Origin: Chlamydiota bacterium
Lineage (GTDB): Bacteria; Chlamydiota; Chlamydiia; Chlamydiales; SM23-39
Assembly: GCA_050049995.1 (NCBI GenBank)
Contig: JASFVE010000066.1
Coordinates: 1 to 10,206 of the forward strand
Reading direction: 5' to 3'
DNA length: 10,206 nucleotides
This document shows positions 5,844 to 10,206 of this stretch, one piece after another. Position numbers and translations under genes: made by a program. Under the pieces are notes generated by a model. That model had not been told where the DNA came from and ran no database searches. It worked only from the letters and a program-made list of their open reading frames with translations. Position 1 is the stretch's first letter. Every line of letters starts with the position of its first letter.

Positions 5844-6524
5844 ATGATAATCAACCCAAAAGTCTTGAGCATCCCACCATACTTATCCACTTCATGGAAA
5901 AACATCATAAGTTTGCACTTAGAGGAAAAATCTCACACATATATTTTAATAGTCCAATTAAAGAGCGGAACGAAAATAGAAATTCCTAATCTAGAAAAAA
6001 CTGTCATCGAAAAAATTTTCAACTCACACGCCAAGTACTTAGAAAGTGACACTGAAACACCTAAAGCTACTAATAACCCCCTGTCGTTCGGCATGCCTTT
6101 AAAATTTGGGATTGATTCAATAGACTCATTAGGAACTGCTATGCAACATAACCCTGAACAAGCAGATACCCCTCCTCTCCCTTCAGAAATTTTATCTAAA
6201 ATTACAAAAATTGTGAAAGTTCTAGGCATAGAAGATTCTCAACACCTACCTAAACCTGAACCCCACTGCAACTGCCTTCACTGCCAAATTGCAAGAGCGC
6301 TACAAGTTGCTCCCGGTGGTATTGAAGAAAATTTAGACGAAGAAGTAAAAGATGAAGAACTTACCTTCAAAGAGTGGGAAATAGAGCAAACAGGTGAAAA
6401 TATGTACTCTGTTACCAATCCTTTAGACACGCAAGAACAATACAATGTTTTCTTAGGAGAACCTATCGGATGTACATGTGGAAAGAAAGATTGCGAGCAT
6501 ATTAAAGCAGTTTTACGCAGCTAA
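5844..6524 (+). CDS. Conserved chlamydial Cys/His-rich protein with a C-terminal SWIM-type zinc finger (CT016-like)
   Basis: ATG 5844 with SD GGAG at 5832-5835, preferred over TTG 5823. IN.K.LSIPPYLST.W..I N-terminus, MQHNP.Q...PPLP, PEPHCNCLHCQI and Y.VFLG.PIGCTCG...CEHIKAVL (CxC-x4-CxH). Position between phoH and the SH3 gene matches the CT015-CT016-CT017 order as I recall it. Confidence 0.85.
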   Translation: MIINPKVLSIPPYLSTSWKNIISLHLEEKSHTYILIVQLKSGTKIEIPNLEKTVIEKIFNSHAKYLESDTETPKATNNPLSFGMPLKFGIDSIDSLGTAMQHNPEQADTPPLPSEILSKITKIVKVLGIEDSQHLPKPEPHCNCLHCQIARALQVAPGGIEENLDEEVKDEELTFKEWEIEQTGENMYSVTNPLDTQEQYNVFLGEPIGCTCGKKDCEHIKAVLRS

Positions 6525-6537
6525 TCATTAAAAACAC

Positions 6538-6566
6538 TTGGAGTTTAACTTTTTTCTATCTACTAT
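6538..6566 (+). promoter_or_regulatory. Possible internal sigma66 promoter for the SH3/DUF455 genes
   Basis: TTGGAG (6538-6543), 17 bp, TACTAT (6561-6566) in the 73-bp intergenic gap. SD GGAG at 6587-6590. Confidence 0.35.
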
Positions 6567-6597
6567 TTTTAGTAAGGTAGATTAATGGAGTTTTTTT

Positions 6598-7749
6598 ATG
6601 ATTAGGCAATTTATATTTCTTTTTGCAATTGTTTTATCGAGTGCATTTTGCCATCAAAAAAATAATCAAAAATCTTTTAAAGCTTTTACCGGAAAAGTTT
6701 TAGGAAACAAGGTTAGACTCAGAGCAAAACCTGACATTGAAAGTCACATCATTCAACAATTAGGAAAAAATGACCTCTTATTAGTCTTAGAAGACGCAGA
6801 TCAGTTTTGGGCGGTCAAGCCCCCCAACGAACTAAAAGCGTATGTTTTTAGAAGTTATATTTTAGACGATGTCGTAGAAGCAAATAGAGTAAACATTCGA
6901 CTAGGTCCATCTGTTACTTCTCCAGTAATCGGTCAGCTTCAAGCAGGGGATAAAATCCAGGGAGTAGTTTCTAGTGAAAATAAAAAATGGCTTGAAATTG
7001 CACCTCCTGAAAATACCCGATTTTATGTTTCTAAAGAATTTCTTTCTTACGCAGGCGGCGCAGACTACTTTATCTCTATGGAAAGGAGAAAAGAAAAGGT
7101 AACCTCTCTTTTGGATAAGGCATACACAGTCTACCAAGAAGAAATTAAAACTTCTTTTGAAGAAATGACTCCTACAAACGTCATTGACATCCTACAAAAC
7201 ATTATTAAAAACTACAGTGACTTCCCTTCACATGTTTATAAAGCCAAAAAACTTATGGCCGACTTCCAGGAAAAATACGTAGAAAAAAAACTAACGTATC
7301 TTGAAGAAAAATCAGCTAAAGCAGATGACATTAAAGATGAGAATTTATTTCCAAAAATTGAGATACCCCAAAAACAGAGCATTGTTAAAAATGATAAGGA
7401 TGAATTTTACACAATTGCTGATGGCTCCAAATTTTGGGAAAATATAGAAAAATCATTATTTTCTAATTGGGTTGCTTTTCATACAAATAAAACCCAAAAA
7501 GACTTTTACAATGAACAAAAAGCTAACGCCCTTTTTGTATCAGGAATAGTTCAATCTTATAATAAAGCCATGTCAAACAGACCTGGTGACTACATCCTTA
7601 AAGACAAGAGCAACATTCCAGTGGCTTTTTTGTATAGTACAACTGTTGATTTAGAACGTTATATTGGCAAAAATGTAAAAATGTTAGTTTCTCCTAGACC
7701 TAACAATCATTTTGCCCACCCTGCTTATTTTGTTTTAGACGTTAGATAA
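6598..7749 (+). CDS. Exported protein with two bacterial SH3 (SH3b) domains, homologue of chlamydial CT017/Ctad1
   Basis: Signal peptide MIRQFIFLFAIVLSSAF. SH3b repeats KVRLRAKP...S.II.QL...D.L.V and RVNIRLGPS..SPVIGQL..GD.I...W.EI...YVSKEFL. Helical middle region and C-terminal PGDYILK...PVAFLYST.VDL...IGK.V...VSPRPNNHFA.PAYFVL. Confidence 0.87.
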   Translation: MIRQFIFLFAIVLSSAFCHQKNNQKSFKAFTGKVLGNKVRLRAKPDIESHIIQQLGKNDLLLVLEDADQFWAVKPPNELKAYVFRSYILDDVVEANRVNIRLGPSVTSPVIGQLQAGDKIQGVVSSENKKWLEIAPPENTRFYVSKEFLSYAGGADYFISMERRKEKVTSLLDKAYTVYQEEIKTSFEEMTPTNVIDILQNIIKNYSDFPSHVYKAKKLMADFQEKYVEKKLTYLEEKSAKADDIKDENLFPKIEIPQKQSIVKNDKDEFYTIADGSKFWENIEKSLFSNWVAFHTNKTQKDFYNEQKANALFVSGIVQSYNKAMSNRPGDYILKDKSNIPVAFLYSTTVDLERYIGKNVKMLVSPRPNNHFAHPAYFVLDVR

Positions 7750-7750
7750 A

Positions 7751-8527
7751 ATGGAACTATATAATTGGGCTCATCAAATTCTAACTTCGACAAAGCTAGA
7801 AGATAAGCTCTTCTCTCCTGATAAATTAACCGACACTCTTGCAGCGAGCCCTCTTATCATTAAAGAACCTGCCAGGTCTTATGAAATGCGGTTTCAAAAA
7901 AGATCAACTTCTGAAAAACTCCCTCCTTTTCACGAACATCACTTAGAAGATAAAAGAGCTATTTGTCTTCATAGATTTGCAGGTCATGAATTATTGGCAG
8001 TTGAAATTATGGCGTATGCCCTTTTAGCATTCCCTCAAGCCCCTAAATCTTTTAGAAAAGGAATAGCAAACACCTTAAAAGAAGAGCAGAGTCACGTAAA
8101 AATTTACCTTACCCGCATGCAAGAAATGGGCCTTTCACTTGGAGACTTACCTCTTTATAAACATTTTTGGTCTCATGTAAAATTTTTCACAGATCCCTTA
8201 AAGTATTTAAGCGCTATGAGCCTTACTTTTGAAATGGCTAACTTGGACTTTGCCCCTCATTACAAATCTTCTTTCGAGCGATACGGGGACTTTGCCAGCG
8301 CCAAAATTTTTGATACCATCATAAAAGATGAAATCAAACATGTATCATTTGGATATTCATGGTTAACCAAACTTAAAGACAAAAACCAGTCTTCCTGGGA
8401 TGCTTACACAGAACATTTAAATCCATTGCTTTCCCCTAAAAGATCTAAAGGATTTATTTTTCAAAGTAATTTAAGACAAAAAGCGAATATCCCCAACGAC
8501 TGGATAGAGAAAGTAAGACAAGCTTAA
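7751..8527 (+). CDS. Ferritin-like DUF455 family protein (putative di-iron)
   Basis: LHRFAGHELLAVE, EEQSH, FEMANLDF and DEIKHVSFG..W provide two ExxH pairs plus bridging Glu residues of a four-helix di-iron bundle, matching the DUF455 pattern. Starts 1 bp after the SH3 gene stop. Confidence 0.88.
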   Translation: MELYNWAHQILTSTKLEDKLFSPDKLTDTLAASPLIIKEPARSYEMRFQKRSTSEKLPPFHEHHLEDKRAICLHRFAGHELLAVEIMAYALLAFPQAPKSFRKGIANTLKEEQSHVKIYLTRMQEMGLSLGDLPLYKHFWSHVKFFTDPLKYLSAMSLTFEMANLDFAPHYKSSFERYGDFASAKIFDTIIKDEIKHVSFGYSWLTKLKDKNQSSWDAYTEHLNPLLSPKRSKGFIFQSNLRQKANIPNDWIEKVRQA

Positions 8528-9654
8528 TTCTTTTCTTCCCAATGGATTGTTTTAGCAATACCATCTAGATTTTCTTTAAGACTTATTTCTTTAGAGGTTG
8601 CTACCCCCAACTCTTTCAGTTTTTTAGCACTAACCATTACCCTTGATTCCATAGATGAGTTAGCCTGGTTAAAGGCTTCCACTGACTGGTTTAGAGACTT
8701 CCCTAAACGGTTCCAATGATCAGATAGTGTATAAAGCCTTTCATACAACTCTTTACCTAAAGTCCCTATTTTAAGTGTATTTTTGGTAATAGCATCTTGC
8801 TTCCAGATATGGGCTATTGCCCTTAAAATAGAAATTAAAGTGGTAGGAGAGGCTAAGATAATGTTATCCCTTACCCCAGATTCAATTAAAGTAGGATCAC
8901 TTTGAACAGCTGCACTTAAAAAAGACTCAGCTGGTAAAAATAAAATCACATACTCTGGGGTCTTTTTAAACTGCATCCAATATTCTTTTGCAGACAATTC
9001 TTTAATATGCCTTTTAACAGCCACCGCATGATCCTTTAATTTTTGCTCTTTCACTGCTAAATCTTCTGTTGCCATAGCTTCAAAATAAGCTTCTGTAGGC
9101 GTCTTGGCATCAATCACAATATTCTTATCAGATGGCAAATGGACCACAAGATCGGGTCGAAATTGTTTGGACTGACTAACAATATTGGGTTGCTCAAAAA
9201 AATCACATCTATTTAATAACCCTGCTAGCTCTACTACCCTTTTTAAATGCAACTGCCCCCAAGAACCTCGAATATTAGGAGACTTTAAAGCTCTAGAAAG
9301 TTCCATTGTTTCCTTTCTTAAGTTTTTCTCCATATCTACTAAGTGATGTATCTGCTCTTGCAAAGAAGTGTATGCTGACTCTCTTTTCCTTTCAATTTCA
9401 TGAGTTTGTTTTTCTACCTTATCCATTACTTCTTTAAGTGGCGCTACAAGACTTTGAATAGAACTATGGCGATGCGTTAAATCTTCCTGCGCTCTTTGGT
9501 AGTACTTTTCCGATAAATTTAAAAAGCTGTCTTGATTTTTCTGAAATATTTCTAATGAAATGGATTGAAATTGTTTTTGAAAATATTTAAAAAAAATAAA
9601 GCAAAGAATCGAAAAAGCTAAAATCAGAAATATCAGTTCAATTTTCAAAGTCAT
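8524..9654 (-). CDS. rmuC: DNA recombination protein RmuC
   Basis: N-terminal TM anchor, coiled coil, RGSWGQLHL.RVVELAGL, RPDLVVHLP....VIDAK, H...LS.KEYW, PEYVILFLP.E, SPTTL...LR and LYERL. The start is uncertain (TTG 9675, ATG 9669 or ATG 9654); all overlap the end of pssA. Confidence 0.95.
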   Translation of the reverse strand: MTLKIELIFLILAFSILCFIFFKYFQKQFQSISLEIFQKNQDSFLNLSEKYYQRAQEDLTHRHSSIQSLVAPLKEVMDKVEKQTHEIERKRESAYTSLQEQIHHLVDMEKNLRKETMELSRALKSPNIRGSWGQLHLKRVVELAGLLNRCDFFEQPNIVSQSKQFRPDLVVHLPSDKNIVIDAKTPTEAYFEAMATEDLAVKEQKLKDHAVAVKRHIKELSAKEYWMQFKKTPEYVILFLPAESFLSAAVQSDPTLIESGVRDNIILASPTTLISILRAIAHIWKQDAITKNTLKIGTLGKELYERLYTLSDHWNRLGKSLNQSVEAFNQANSSMESRVMVSAKKLKELGVATSKEISLKENLDGIAKTIHWEEKN

Positions 9655-10206
9655 CAGGATCTGGCTCATAATCAATTAAGACTTTAGACTTCTTTCCGGC
9701 TATTTTGCGAATGAAAGCTAAAATAATTCCTAAAAACACATAACACCATGATACGACTAATAAGACAATCGCAAAATAGTGTAAAATACCATAAAGGAAT
9801 AAAATTCCTAAAACCACTGTTAAGAACGCTAAATTGAAAGAAGGAATACGAAAATTGAGAGTCTTTAAGCTAGGGAATTTCCAGCGGCTAACCATTAAAT
9901 ATCCCAAAAGGACATTAGCTACTGTTAAAATAGATACTCTTAAAACTTGTGATATAGGAACCATCTCTACAAAAAAAGGATAAAGAAAAAACAAGTTTAT
10001 AGATACAGATGCAGCTGAAGCTGCGGTAATAGGAAGTCCCGAAAAATGCTTTTTCTTAACAAGGTTTTTTATGAGCTCCTTTTTAGCTTCAACCCCTTTT
10101 ACATTAAACCTAACTAATCGCAAAACTCCACAAAGAGAATATACCATAGCTCCTGTAGCGCTAATAAATGATAAGAATGTTCCTTGTTCTAGCGACAGGC
10201 TTTTTA
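9638..10206 (-). CDS. pssA: CDP-diacylglycerol--serine O-phosphatidyltransferase, C-terminal part (gene starts beyond the window)
   Basis: The frame stays open upstream of ATG 10147 to the window edge (KSLSLEQGTFLSFISATGAMVY...). Motifs CGVLRLVRFN, FSGLPITAA and LMVS...FPSLK are typical of type II PssA. pssA-rmuC adjacency is the chlamydial arrangement as I recall it. Confidence 0.88.
   Translation of the reverse strand, partial: KSLSLEQGTFLSFISATGAMVYSLCGVLRLVRFNVKGVEAKKELIKNLVKKKHFSGLPITAASAASVSINLFFLYPFFVEMVPISQVLRVSILTVANVLLGYLMVSRWKFPSLKTLNFRIPSFNLAFLTVVLGILFLYGILHYFAIVLLVVSWCYVFLGIILAFIRKIAGKKSKVLIDYEPDPDDFEN

Noticed and set aside
5021..5891. DnaA-box-like 9-mers (TTTTCCACA at 5021, TTATCCACT at 5883)
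   Set aside because: Isolated, inside coding sequence and not clustered; no support for an origin.
4825..7137. ORFs 4825-5067(+), 5933-6229(-) and 6901-7137(-)
   Set aside because: Antisense shadows of phoH, the CT016-like gene and the SH3 gene.
1..10206. Defence island, CRISPR array, tRNA or IS element
   Set aside because: No repeat-spacer array, cloverleaf, terminal inverted repeats or transposase seen. The PIN-PhoH and RmuC nuclease folds here sit in conserved housekeeping contexts.

Overview
AT-rich, gene-dense bacterial chromosomal segment whose right half looks like an environmental Chlamydiae (Chlamydiota) genome. That assignment rests on recognised protein motifs and gene order, not on a database search. 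Bases 4204-10206 hold conserved chlamydial-type genes. PIN-PhoH ATPase (CT015-like) is divergent from a Cys-rich SWIM-finger protein (CT016-like). These are followed by a tandem-SH3 exported protein (CT017/Ctad1-like) and a DUF455 ferritin-like protein, then convergent rmuC and the 3' part of pssA. Bases 1-4188 look accessory: the end of a DUF4116-repeat gene, an exported Tyr/Arg-rich protein, a RimL-type GNAT, a GIN/DUF2807 lipoprotein, an FAD-dependent oxidoreductase, an orphan ORF and a MauE/DoxX membrane protein. The most interesting signal is non-coding. Between phoH and the CT016-like gene, a degenerate CIRCE (HrcA) operator fully encloses a near-consensus sigma54 -24/-12 promoter pointing at phoH. 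It also ends 5 bp upstream of a near-perfect sigma66/70 promoter pointing the other way, suggesting a compact bidirectional stress switch. I found no RNA genes, CRISPR arrays or mobile elements, and no clear-cut new multi-gene system.
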